Part shown: in pieces, positions 9,118 to 19,127 of the stretch
How the letters are laid out: every line of letters starts with the position of its first letter
How positions within the stretch are numbered: the first letter of the stretch is position 1
NCBI GenBank assembly: GCA_020353515.1
Contig: CP070695.1
Span: forward strand, 4,128,221 to 4,189,812
Origin: Candidatus Heimdallarchaeota archaeon
Lineage (GTDB): Archaea; Asgardarchaeota; Heimdallarchaeia; Hodarchaeales; Hodarchaeaceae
Reading direction: 5' to 3'
Length of the DNA: 61,592 nt
Position numbers and translations under genes: made by a program
The notes under the pieces: model-generated
The model's input: only the letters and a program-made list of their open reading frames with translations
What the model was told of the DNA's origin: nothing
Database searches by the model: none

Positions 9118-10842
9118 ATGATGATAGTAACTTTGCCATCACTCCCTTTAAAAGAATATCAAGAAGATCGTCAAGAGCGGGGAGTATATGATAAGCGTAA
9201 CATTATAAATGATTTAACTGGAAAAGAATGGTTATTTTCCACAAAAACGATTATTCCGAAATCTTTTTCCCGAATCTGGCCCTCAAGTATGAAGAGTAGG
9301 AATTACAATCCAATTCCAACAGAGTTAAGTAAAGAGCTTATTGAAACCTTTTCAAAACCAGGTGATACAATTTTAGATCCCTTTGCTGGAATTGGAAGTA
9401 CACTCTTTGGGAGTTATTTGGCTGATACGAATTCTACATCTGCTAAAAGGAAATGTATTGGCATTGAACAGAATGAATCGCTAATAGGGAAATACAGTCA
9501 ATTATTAACTTCATTAAAGATCCCAGACCAAGGAATGTTACTTGGTGATCCTATTCAGATCTTAACAAACATAAAAGACAATTCTGTTGATTTTATCCTC
9601 TCAGATATCCCCATTTGGGATGTTTCAGAACTGGAGGAAGAAGAATCTATTGCAATGATAGTTGAAGATTATCATAAATCCCCTCGGGATTGTATCCAAT
9701 ACTGGAGTTCCTCAGTGTCTAATATTCTCTCCATTGCAACTAAAACATTAAAAAAATCAAAATATCTCGTTGTTTCAATTCCAAATGAAATTTATAGGAA
9801 GGGATCTAGAAAAAAAGACTCCCCACGGGTGAATTTTGCCCTATCTACAATACTAGCTCATAAATTACAAAAATTGGGGTTAACTCTAAAAGCAGAGAGA
9901 ATTTGGTTCGAGTCAGACTCCCAGAAAAAGGAAGGAATTTTCAATAAATTAGATCGGCGGTTTTTAGTATTTCGAAAAGAACATGATCCTAAAAATCATA
10001 TTAATCGAAAAAATATCGATTCTTTGTTTTTTGAGGGAAATATACCAACAGGTGACACATATATAATACATAAGTCTTTTCCACCTTCCTTTGATCATAA
10101 GCTTCGAAGCGAACACGGAGGTATGAAACCTCCAGAGTTGGCTCAAATACTTATAGAAAGATACTCCAAGAACCAAGAAGAAGTTGTATTGGATCCATTT
10201 GCTGGAGTTGGGGGAACTTTATTAGGTGCAAGTTTATCTGACAGAAAGGCGATTGGGATAGACATTAATAAACGTTGGAAAACGATATACCAGCAAGTTT
10301 CTCAAAGTCATGGTCTTACACCTCAAGAATTTCTTATTGGAGACTCTCGACAGCAAGTTAGAGAAACTATTGAAGACGCTAGTATTGACTTAATTTTGAC
10401 AGATGTCCCTTATTGGGCAATGGATAAGCTTCAAAAAACTCGAGGTCGTTTTTCTAAAGCTGGAGAGAAATCACGTGGTAAATTACCTTCCCCTCTTCAT
10501 CATTTCGATCGTGCTTCCATTCTTACAATCGATGAATGGCTTATTCTCTTAAAAACTGTGTTTGGACATTGTTATCCTAAGCTTATTGATGGGAAATACT
10601 TAGTGGTTTTCATTGGCAATATGTATCGAACTATTGAAGAAAAGAGGAACGGTAAAGTTTCAAAAGTAGGTAAATTTTTACTCTTATCGTCAATGCTGGC
10701 GAGAGTGTTGTTGAATATTGGATATTCCTTCAATAGGGAAATTATCTGGTATTCTCCAGATAAGGCATTGCATGTGTTTGGGTACCCCTTTTCTTATATC
10801 CCCAGTATTGTTCATCAAAGCATTCTTGTTTTCACAAAATAA
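9118..10842 (+). CDS. Tandem double-domain N4/N6 amino-methyltransferase (orphan)
   Basis: Two DPFAG(I/V)G SAM motifs, each followed by a motif-IV-like SDIPIW or TDVPYW; N-terminal NDLTGKEW. Confidence 0.8.
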   Translation: MMIVTLPSLPLKEYQEDRQERGVYDKRNIINDLTGKEWLFSTKTIIPKSFSRIWPSSMKSRNYNPIPTELSKELIETFSKPGDTILDPFAGIGSTLFGSYLADTNSTSAKRKCIGIEQNESLIGKYSQLLTSLKIPDQGMLLGDPIQILTNIKDNSVDFILSDIPIWDVSELEEEESIAMIVEDYHKSPRDCIQYWSSSVSNILSIATKTLKKSKYLVVSIPNEIYRKGSRKKDSPRVNFALSTILAHKLQKLGLTLKAERIWFESDSQKKEGIFNKLDRRFLVFRKEHDPKNHINRKNIDSLFFEGNIPTGDTYIIHKSFPPSFDHKLRSEHGGMKPPELAQILIERYSKNQEEVVLDPFAGVGGTLLGASLSDRKAIGIDINKRWKTIYQQVSQSHGLTPQEFLIGDSRQQVRETIEDASIDLILTDVPYWAMDKLQKTRGRFSKAGEKSRGKLPSPLHHFDRASILTIDEWLILLKTVFGHCYPKLIDGKYLVVFIGNMYRTIEEKRNGKVSKVGKFLLLSSMLARVLLNIGYSFNREIIWYSPDKALHVFGYPFSYIPSIVHQSILVFTK

Positions 10843-10852
10843 TTATTTGACT

Positions 10853-12802
10853 TCAATTCTTTCTGCGATTACTAATAAGAAGAGTCATAGCTAAGATTGA
10901 TAAAACAAGAATAAATCCTGGAAATGGAACGCTACTAGTAGGGCCTGTGTTTTCACTAGAAGACGAAGAAAAACTAGATTGTTCTACTGAAAAGAGCTCA
11001 GAAAATCCGCAGCCGCTATGAGTGGAATTGAAGAAATAATATTTTATCTGATATGTTTGATTATCCTCTGAAAGACTTGATATATCAATGGATCCTGACA
11101 TCCAGTAGTTTACTTCAGAATTGAAAGTCAAATTACCATTTATTCCTGTTGAATCTCCTGAATCTGTCAAAATAGTATATGTGGCTCCATCAGCGTTTTG
11201 CCAGTAATGTTCATTCTGGTCAGAGACATTAACATCAGAAATTCTAAGATAGGGACCTTTCGTTGAGAACGATAATCTTCCAGTAGAAATGACTATACCC
11301 ATTGGATTAATCATAAACCAATAATCTTGTGTTGGGGCGGGGTCATCATTATTGTGATCTTGCTTACCAATTGGAGTATAGGAACTAATAGATAATACAA
11401 TTTCATCTGCAGAGATACCATTGGATTCTATTGAAAAGTTTCCGAAATTTTCAACAGAGATCTCGATAGGAATCACTACGGAGCCAAAAGGTTGAGTTGT
11501 GTCATTAGTTAGAATGGCTGTAACCATGAAGTTAGAGGAGGATTCCCCTTGAAATTCCAAGATAAAAGGCTGTCCCACACGTGAAGTGAACCTTAAGTAA
11601 TCTGTGCCCCAATAAGGAACAGAATTTTCAGTTCGGGGGAGAGCTGATGAAAAATAAGACTCTTCAACAGACATAGAAAGGGATATGTTGAAATATCCGT
11701 ATGTTCCGTTTGCAAAAGAAGTATCATCCAAAAAATTAGCTATGGTCCAGTTTCGAAATACTTCTTTGAATTCTACAAGATAACCTTCGTTCTCAAGAGC
11801 TCGTTCAACACTCAGTATACCATCCTCAGAGCGAGTCACTATATTCTGAATGATGGAAGATCCACCATAGTGCTCTGCAAGATAGAGGAAGAATGCAAAA
11901 GAAGCCCCATAATTAGCTAGTACTAAGCTTTCACTATCAGAATAATCCCAATACGTCAAGGATACATCTGGATGTGAACTAAATCGTGTTTTATAAGGAC
12001 TACTGCCACTAAAGGGGTTTCCCCCAATGATATATTCAGCAAACATAGATGCACCTTCATCTAACCAAATATTTTCATCATCATCATGTCCAAAGTGGAT
12101 CATGTGCTGAAATTCATGAGCTACGGTTTCAAAATCCCCTGCTGTCAAGTATGATAACCCTTCGTCGCCATCAATGCACAAAATTTCCGCTTCATTGCTA
12201 TATTGTTGATTTGGGTTAAGATCTTCGTTAAGATATTGGTTTAGAGGGTAGAAAAACCCTGCAACATACTGTCCTCCCCCTAATCCATCAATGATGTCAA
12301 AAACTAGGATAATTACCCTATCATTATCATCTATATCTGGAGGAGAGCCATAAAATTTATCGAGCGTGGGATAAATGACAGTTTCAAACGAGTGGTTCAT
12401 TTCTAAAAAGGTTGGATTGAGACTCGTGGATAGATCTGAATAAATCAAGGTATGCTGGCCAACTGCTCTTAATGTAACGTTGATTTTATAGTGCTCTAGA
12501 GGATTAGTTGAAACATCTGGAACCCAAAACTCCTTCCATTCTTCAAATTCCTGATTTTGAACCTGTTTAATTGGGGGAGCACTGTTTTGATTGAGGATTT
12601 CTCTACCATTTTCATTTACTTCTGAATGAACAGGAGTTTGTGAATTAATTTTCAAATTTTTTTGCGAGGAATTCTGATTAGTCCATTGGATGAGTTGAGA
12701 ATGAGTGCCTTCACTGTTAATAGACACTGAAGATAGTATCAACCATCCTGTTGTGAACATTATAGATAATAGAGCAAAAGAAAAAATCTTAGAATAGTAC
12801 AA
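10853..12802 (-). CDS. Secreted, surface-anchored zinc metalloprotease (M30/M6-like)
   Basis: Signal peptide; HEFQHMIH, WLDEG; C-terminal Ser linker, PFPGF, TM helix, RRKN. Confidence 0.85.
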   Translation of the reverse strand: MYYSKIFSFALLSIMFTTGWLILSSVSINSEGTHSQLIQWTNQNSSQKNLKINSQTPVHSEVNENGREILNQNSAPPIKQVQNQEFEEWKEFWVPDVSTNPLEHYKINVTLRAVGQHTLIYSDLSTSLNPTFLEMNHSFETVIYPTLDKFYGSPPDIDDNDRVIILVFDIIDGLGGGQYVAGFFYPLNQYLNEDLNPNQQYSNEAEILCIDGDEGLSYLTAGDFETVAHEFQHMIHFGHDDDENIWLDEGASMFAEYIIGGNPFSGSSPYKTRFSSHPDVSLTYWDYSDSESLVLANYGASFAFFLYLAEHYGGSSIIQNIVTRSEDGILSVERALENEGYLVEFKEVFRNWTIANFLDDTSFANGTYGYFNISLSMSVEESYFSSALPRTENSVPYWGTDYLRFTSRVGQPFILEFQGESSSNFMVTAILTNDTTQPFGSVVIPIEISVENFGNFSIESNGISADEIVLSISSYTPIGKQDHNNDDPAPTQDYWFMINPMGIVISTGRLSFSTKGPYLRISDVNVSDQNEHYWQNADGATYTILTDSGDSTGINGNLTFNSEVNYWMSGSIDISSLSEDNQTYQIKYYFFNSTHSGCGFSELFSVEQSSFSSSSSENTGPTSSVPFPGFILVLSILAMTLLISNRRKN

Positions 12803-12983
12803 GAGTTTTAATCACCATTGATGCGAGAACTTGAAGTATTTTCTCTGATATCTGTTTTTAATAGGATCCTAATGTGCCTATTCAAATTGATATCGAAATA
12901 AGAAGGTCATGGATAAAGTGATTGAAATTAGATTCTTTGGTATTTTAAGACATATTAAATGTTTAGAGAGCTAGAAACGGTTA

Positions 12984-13679
12984 TTACAAATATGAATCCG
13001 AAATGATATAGCCATCCTCCATTTTTATCAAACGCATACCTGTTTTTAACATTTCTTCGTCATGTGTTACGCATACAATTGTTTTCTTATGTGTTTTGTT
13101 AAGGGAGCTTAGTAATGACATGATTTCACTTCCTATTGCAGAGTCTAGATCTCCTGTAGGCTCATCAGCTAAAATAACGTCAGGATCGTTTGCTAATGAT
13201 CGGGCGATCCCTACTCTTTGTTTTTCTCCGCCTGAAAGTTCGTGTGGCTGGTGATGTTTTCGATTCTCTAAATTTACTAGTCTTAATAGTTCTAATGCAC
13301 GAGGTTCACGGTCAGCACGTTTGATTCCACTAATTAACATGGGTAATTCAACATTTTCTAGCGCGTTCAGGACAGGGTGGAGATTGAAAAATTGAAACAC
13401 AAATCCCAGTTTGTGACGGCGAAGTTGACATAATTCTCGATCACTGAGTGTTGATAATTCTTCTTGATCAATGTGGACTGTACCAGCGGAAGGCCGTTCA
13501 AGGCCAGCCATAACATTTATGAGAGTAGATTTGCCACTTCCAGAAGGCCCCATCACCATAATAAATTCTTCTCTAAAGATGGATAAGTTGATACTGTTAA
13601 GAGCATCAATGGTATGCCCTCCGAGAGTATATCTCTGATTCACGTTTTCTAGTTCAATAAATGGATCTCCTTTACTCAC
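12984..13679 (-). CDS. ABC ATPase, LolD/MacB type
   Basis: GPSGSGKS, GFVFQFFNL, LSGGEKQRV, ADEPTG; likely GTG start overlapping the upstream stop. Confidence 0.92.
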   Translation of the reverse strand: MSKGDPFIELENVNQRYTLGGHTIDALNSINLSIFREEFIMVMGPSGSGKSTLINVMAGLERPSAGTVHIDQEELSTLSDRELCQLRRHKLGFVFQFFNLHPVLNALENVELPMLISGIKRADREPRALELLRLVNLENRKHHQPHELSGGEKQRVGIARSLANDPDVILADEPTGDLDSAIGSEIMSLLSSLNKTHKKTIVCVTHDEEMLKTGMRLIKMEDGYIISDSYL

Positions 13680-14547
13680 TTCCAATATCACCTCGTACTG
13701 GGATTAGTGTGGCAAACCCGTCTCGCATTTCAATCTGTATATGGTTCTTGATTCCAGCCTGACGACGAATTTCGTCTGTAAGACGTAAATTCCCGTGATC
13801 ATCAACATATATCACTTCTTCACGAACAGAGAGTGATTTTGTTGGATCGATTGCTCTATGTAATCCCACTATTCTGCCATCTAAAATACGCATAGCCTTA
13901 TTTGTCATGTTAGCAAATCTATAGTCATGGGTGACCACAATGAAGGTTTTTCCAAGACTTTTATTAAGAAGCTTAAAATAATCAATAATTTTGAACGTTG
14001 TCACACTGTCTAATTCTCCCGTTGGCTCATCAGCAAGTACAATATCTGGATCATTGGCAAGCGCTACTGCTATCCCCGCACGTTGAGCTTCTCCTCCAGA
14101 TAATTGAGGGGGTTTATGGCCAGTACGCCGTTCTAAACCCACATCTTCTAATAGTTGACGTGCTCTCTGTTTCTGTTCACTATAGGTCCATAGACCTGAA
14201 AGCTTCATTGGTAACATAACATTCTTTAAAGCAGTCAGGTTCCAGATTAAGTTTCGTTCTGGGAGTTGATATAAGAAACCAACTCGCTGACGCCGATACT
14301 GAGTCAGTTGCTTTGAATTCATTTTCGTAATGATATTGTCTCCCAGAATGATTTCTCCTGATGATGGACGGTCTACTCCTCCAATTAGATTTACCAAAGT
14401 GCTTTTCCCTGAACCACTGGGCCCAATGATCGCGATTAAATCTCCCTCATTAGCTGTGAGCTCGATTCCTCGCAACGCAGGAACTTGAATCTTGCTTTGT
14501 TCATCAACATATAATTTTATTAGATCTTGACATTCAAGAAAGGCCAT
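13672..14547 (-). CDS. ABC ATPase, LolD type, with C-terminal AbrB-like extension
   Basis: GPSGSGKS, LSGGEAQR, ADEPTG; tail VDDHGNLRLTDEIRRQAGI. Confidence 0.9.
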   Translation of the reverse strand: MAFLECQDLIKLYVDEQSKIQVPALRGIELTANEGDLIAIIGPSGSGKSTLVNLIGGVDRPSSGEIILGDNIITKMNSKQLTQYRRQRVGFLYQLPERNLIWNLTALKNVMLPMKLSGLWTYSEQKQRARQLLEDVGLERRTGHKPPQLSGGEAQRAGIAVALANDPDIVLADEPTGELDSVTTFKIIDYFKLLNKSLGKTFIVVTHDYRFANMTNKAMRILDGRIVGLHRAIDPTKSLSVREEVIYVDDHGNLRLTDEIRRQAGIKNHIQIEMRDGFATLIPVRGDIGSE

Positions 14548-14551
14548 TCAG

Positions 14552-17488
14552 TCATTCCACCTTTAAAATGCGGCTGATATCTTTTCGTGTGGCTAAATAA
14601 GCTGGTACTATTGTACCAATCCCAGCAGTAATACAGATTCCTGAAATTATCTGAACGAGTAATATTGGAGGATGAGTAACTACTAATGGTGGAATTGATT
14701 CTCCGATTTGCATTACTTGTAAAAACATTGTAACAAAGTAAACACCTGTAAAGTATCCAATAATCGAACCAAAAGCTAGGATTGTGGCAGCTTCAACCAG
14801 GAAAGATTGCGCTGTTTGGAATTGAGTCATACCAAGAGCTCGTTCGACGCCGATCTCTTTTCCACGTTCCACGTAGGTAAAGAAAGCAAACATAATTACT
14901 CCAATTACTGCCACTACAATACAAACGAGTAGATCAGAATTCAGGATTGAAAGTGAAAACCGCCATCCGAATCCTGCCTTATATTCCCTGTATTCGAGAG
15001 CGGGAGAGATAGGAGTTATCCCTGTAACATTCTGTATTATTTCCACGGTCATATCAATATTATTCAATGAGTCAATTTTTGCTTGATAAGCAGCCATGGG
15101 AGGATCTAAATAACCAGACTGATTCAATCGGTCAAACAATCCTAAGCTGCCAATTATCCAGAAATTATCAGCAGGATTATACCATTGATATGGATACATG
15201 GTAGGCCAATATTTGAATGTCCCACCAACTCGGAATGAAAGATGTTTAGACATTGTCTCGTTCTCAAAAACAAGTGAAATATTCCCCCCAATCTTTGGTT
15301 TTGAAATATGAGCTTCAAGATTTCTTTGATAGAGTATAATAGTTATATTATCTTTAATTTCATCCATGAGGTTACTTAAAGAGCTACTCAACTTGAAGCT
15401 AGGATCTATAAAAGCAGTTTTTGCATACGTGTTAGGGTCTACGAACAGAAATTCGTAACTTCGATAAAAAGATCGATAAGACCGATACCTTGTTGAATAA
15501 ACTCCAGAAATGCTAGTTAAGTGGGAGATATTGTGTCGAAGAGTTTTTAATATAGTGTTATTTAAGGAAGTACCTGCAGGAACAGCCAAGTCAGCCCCTA
15601 CTTCGTAATAACGTTTAAGATGTTCTGTTTCATCCAAGGAATGGATCAACGAGGAGGAAAGAATTGAAAAAGACAATGCTAGTGTAATAAGGAGTACAGC
15701 ACGATTTGCAGCTTGTTTATGACGTATAATATTCCGAATCGCAAACGCGTTAATACCTCCTTCAATTCGCCAAAGAAGTTCAGCCAACTTCTTCATGAGT
15801 AGAGGAAAAAACCGTGAAATGACCATTATGGTCCCGAAAAACATAAAGAACGGAGCTGGAATTCCTAGGATGGAGACTATCATATACAACAAGAAAGCTC
15901 CAGGCCCTAATACATCACCACCACCACGAATAAGAGTCATAAGAATTATCCATGTGGCGGTACCAATTGTGAACATCACAACATCGAGATAATATCTTTT
16001 CCAAAGCGGATTTCGGATTTCAGTTGGTTCTAAAGTTTCAGTAATTTCCTGGTGACTCATGCGAATAATATTTCGAAAGTTGAGGAGGAGAGCAAAGATC
16101 AGACCCCAAAATATTAGCCCTTGAATCATATTGACGGTAACACGAAGTGGGACTGGAAGGCCTAGAAATTCCAGATAATTACTAGAACGCATTACGACAT
16201 CTGCTAGGAGTGTACTAAGCAAAAATCCAAGAATAACTGCTAAAATTGTAGAAAGAAGCATTTCTCCAAGCAAAACCACAAAGATCTGAAACCATGAACC
16301 CCCTCGGGTTTTAATAATCCCTATTTGTTCTTGTTTCTGCCTTTTGATTAACCCAAACGAATAAACAACCAGATAAAGAGCAATACACAGAACAGGGAAG
16401 CTTAACAGTAATAAGATGATAAGAAATGAAAAAACGGTCATCTCATACTCCTGCATCAGACCTAGAAGGTAAGATTCAACCCACACATCATAAGCTACAC
16501 CATAGAATTGCCATTCTAAAGCACGTCGAAATGATTGTAATTTACTAATTTCACTATTCATATTAAATGCATCAAAATTAGACTTGTCAAGAATTATAGT
16601 GCCTTGAGTCTCTACGTAATAATACATATCATTAATTGGATCTAAAAGATCCTCAAAAATCTCTTCAAAGAATTGTGGTTGAGTTAATAATCCATGGTTC
16701 CACCACCAATTCCTCTTGAGGTATTTCCTTACCAATTTAGTACTATTATCAGGATCTTGGTTATAAGGATTAAAAGGTGTGTGTTCAATTATACCAACAA
16801 CCTTTACAGTTTTATTAGGTCCTCCATCATCCCATTTAGAGGTTAAGGTAATATTTAACTCTGTTCCTAATGTAACGTTTTCGAGGGCATCATATCTCTC
16901 TTGAGGCCAGTATCCCCTATCACGTATTGTCCGAATAAAAATAACTTCCGAGGAATTTAATGGGAAGCGGCCTTTCCCGGTATCATTTAAGATATGTCCG
17001 AGTGAGAGGTAGAATTCACTTGCTGAAGAAGTGCAAAAAGAGACACTTTCTTGAGACATTCCATTATTGTAATCCTCCTCTGTTTGGTTTACCCATATGA
17101 ACCCTTCAAGTCTGGTAGACCAATAATAGTCTAGAATATAATCAGAATAGTTTGCTTGATATATAGATTGGTTGATAAGTGTGTTATAGGATTCATAATC
17201 ATGGAGTTTGTCAGATCCCATCCCAGATTCTATATAGATACTAATATCATCATTATAATAGTCCTCTTCAAGCGATTTGACGACCACTTCCTCAAAAATT
17301 TCTTGGCGATAAGATTCAACCAGAACTCCGCTTTGAGAGATGACTGTCAAAGCAATGATGAGTCCAATCATTGTTGGTAAAATTAGTCGCCTATTCCCAA
17401 TAATTAGCTCATATGTCAGAAAGATGTAATTGGTTACTTTCGTAATTAACAATTTAATTGACATGAGACTCAAATTCCCACATAACAT
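14552..17488 (-). CDS. FtsX/MacB-type ABC permease with two FtsX repeats
   Basis: RQKQEQIGIIKTRG and ERGKEIGVERALG motifs; two large extracytoplasmic domains. Confidence 0.88.
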   Translation of the reverse strand: MLCGNLSLMSIKLLITKVTNYIFLTYELIIGNRRLILPTMIGLIIALTVISQSGVLVESYRQEIFEEVVVKSLEEDYYNDDISIYIESGMGSDKLHDYESYNTLINQSIYQANYSDYILDYYWSTRLEGFIWVNQTEEDYNNGMSQESVSFCTSSASEFYLSLGHILNDTGKGRFPLNSSEVIFIRTIRDRGYWPQERYDALENVTLGTELNITLTSKWDDGGPNKTVKVVGIIEHTPFNPYNQDPDNSTKLVRKYLKRNWWWNHGLLTQPQFFEEIFEDLLDPINDMYYYVETQGTIILDKSNFDAFNMNSEISKLQSFRRALEWQFYGVAYDVWVESYLLGLMQEYEMTVFSFLIILLLLSFPVLCIALYLVVYSFGLIKRQKQEQIGIIKTRGGSWFQIFVVLLGEMLLSTILAVILGFLLSTLLADVVMRSSNYLEFLGLPVPLRVTVNMIQGLIFWGLIFALLLNFRNIIRMSHQEITETLEPTEIRNPLWKRYYLDVVMFTIGTATWIILMTLIRGGGDVLGPGAFLLYMIVSILGIPAPFFMFFGTIMVISRFFPLLMKKLAELLWRIEGGINAFAIRNIIRHKQAANRAVLLITLALSFSILSSSLIHSLDETEHLKRYYEVGADLAVPAGTSLNNTILKTLRHNISHLTSISGVYSTRYRSYRSFYRSYEFLFVDPNTYAKTAFIDPSFKLSSSLSNLMDEIKDNITIILYQRNLEAHISKPKIGGNISLVFENETMSKHLSFRVGGTFKYWPTMYPYQWYNPADNFWIIGSLGLFDRLNQSGYLDPPMAAYQAKIDSLNNIDMTVEIIQNVTGITPISPALEYREYKAGFGWRFSLSILNSDLLVCIVVAVIGVIMFAFFTYVERGKEIGVERALGMTQFQTAQSFLVEAATILAFGSIIGYFTGVYFVTMFLQVMQIGESIPPLVVTHPPILLVQIISGICITAGIGTIVPAYLATRKDISRILKVE

Positions 17489-17796
17489 AGTTTAGAGATA
17501 ACGAACGATAATCACATCAGGGATCGTATAAACGATACCTAATATCAGATAGGTATATATTAAAGTGAAGATATCGGAAGAGAATTTCCCCTATACTCCA
17601 TTAGTAGGGACAAAGGGGAACAGATCGTTTTTTTACCTCCAAGTAATGTCCTTAAAGAAGTCATTTTTTCGAACAGCTAGAAAATTCTCGTTCTAATTTG
17701 TGAACACTGATAAAACTAAAAGATTTGTGGTACAATTTTACAACGAAAATATGTAATTGAAAGTTGTTTACCTATTGCAAGAACTCCATATATCCC

Positions 17797-18342
17797 TTAA
17801 ATCAAGTAGAAAATCATTCCTAGGCCACAAAAAATTGTGCCTGACAATTGCATTATCCAAAACCATGCCAATTCAGGAGTTGGCTTTTCAGTTTTTGTTA
17901 TTAAATAATTTGATCCCCAGCTCTCGATTCGTTTCCCAATAGCTATTCTATGATCTGTAGTTACATAAAGAGCTGCTGTTCGCTCCCCCAAGAAAATACC
18001 CCCAATATAGATAGGTTCTAATCCTGAGAATAAATCTACTCCATAATGAATTGCTATTCCTGTTGTTAATAACCAAATTTCCGGATTGTTATAGAAAAGC
18101 AATCTTGGATCGTTAATTAAGATGAGTATCCATAACAAAATAACAATGAAATAATCGTGGGTTATCTTCCGGACCAAGTCAGATGGAATTTTTAGTCTTC
18201 GTAAGACCAATGAAGCAAAATCAGGCAGCTGACTGCTGATTAAAACAATTAAAATCCAAATCGGAGTAAGTTGAGCATTATGGAAGGCAAACCAAAAAAA
18301 TATGACTCCTAAAGTCCATTCAGTATGTTTTAATGCTTCCAT
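17797..18342 (-). CDS. YdjM-like membrane-bound metal-dependent hydrolase (paralog 2)
   Basis: H..LPD..TH..HxxxD pattern; similar to its neighbour (HTEWTLG, ELAWFW). Confidence 0.65.
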   Translation of the reverse strand: MEALKHTEWTLGVIFFWFAFHNAQLTPIWILIVLISSQLPDFASLVLRRLKIPSDLVRKITHDYFIVILLWILILINDPRLLFYNNPEIWLLTTGIAIHYGVDLFSGLEPIYIGGIFLGERTAALYVTTDHRIAIGKRIESWGSNYLITKTEKPTPELAWFWIMQLSGTIFCGLGMIFYLI

Positions 18343-18360
18343 ATTTTTGTATCACTTCTT

Positions 18361-18900
18361 TCAAAGCATTATGCTAAAATACACAAATATCCCGATCATT
18401 AGAATCCAAGTTCCTAATATAGTTAGAAACCAAAGCCAGGAGAGTTCATCTCCAATGTTTTCAGAACCAATGTATGATTCCTTAATCACTTTCCTAAACC
18501 ATGCTCCAATTTTAATAGACTGTTCTTTGCTTATAATTAAAATACTTCCTCGATGGGTTATAGGGGAAAAGAGAAAGACAGGATTTCCTCCAGAGACAAT
18601 ATCTTCCATTATGTGGAGAAAAGATCCTAAAGTCAATAAGCTAAAAGCGGGAAATACCCAGCTAATAACAATAAGACCAAATATAAAGAATATTGTGTGA
18701 GATAGTTCACGATGTCCTCGGATAAATCGTTCTCCTCTAAATAGTGCCCAATCAAATATATCAGGAAAAACTGATCCTATACATAATAAAAAAAGACCCA
18801 AAGCATCAATTGATGTATTCCATATAGTCAGACAGATTAAACCAATGCCCAGTGTCCATTCTAGGTGAGCAATTGGTTCCATGGGGTCTTTGGTCTCCAA
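18361..18900 (-). CDS. YdjM-like membrane-bound metal-dependent hydrolase (paralog 1)
   Basis: HLEWTLG, FPD, HRELSH, HIMED. Confidence 0.75.
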   Translation of the reverse strand: METKDPMEPIAHLEWTLGIGLICLTIWNTSIDALGLFLLCIGSVFPDIFDWALFRGERFIRGHRELSHTIFFIFGLIVISWVFPAFSLLTLGSFLHIMEDIVSGGNPVFLFSPITHRGSILIISKEQSIKIGAWFRKVIKESYIGSENIGDELSWLWFLTILGTWILMIGIFVYFSIML

Positions 18901-19127
18901 GTTTTCTATTATATCTAATTATCGCTGTTAAAACGGGGTATTCTTAATGACAAAGCGAGATCTTTTAAGCTTGTTGAATTATTTCTTAGAGTATTTCGAG
19001 ATTTTCAAAGAAAGAATATTTTCATCCAAATTATAATGGTGTATAAACAACAAGAAAATTCAACTTACACATATTCTAGTGGTCAAACCAAGAAGTATAG
19101 AGAGTCTGTTAAGTAGAGTGGTTTATT

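Noticed and set aside
5015-12802. Integrated element at tRNA-Tyr carrying the ligase and methyltransferase
   Set aside because: No integrase, no duplicated tRNA 3' end seen, and the neighbours are housekeeping genes
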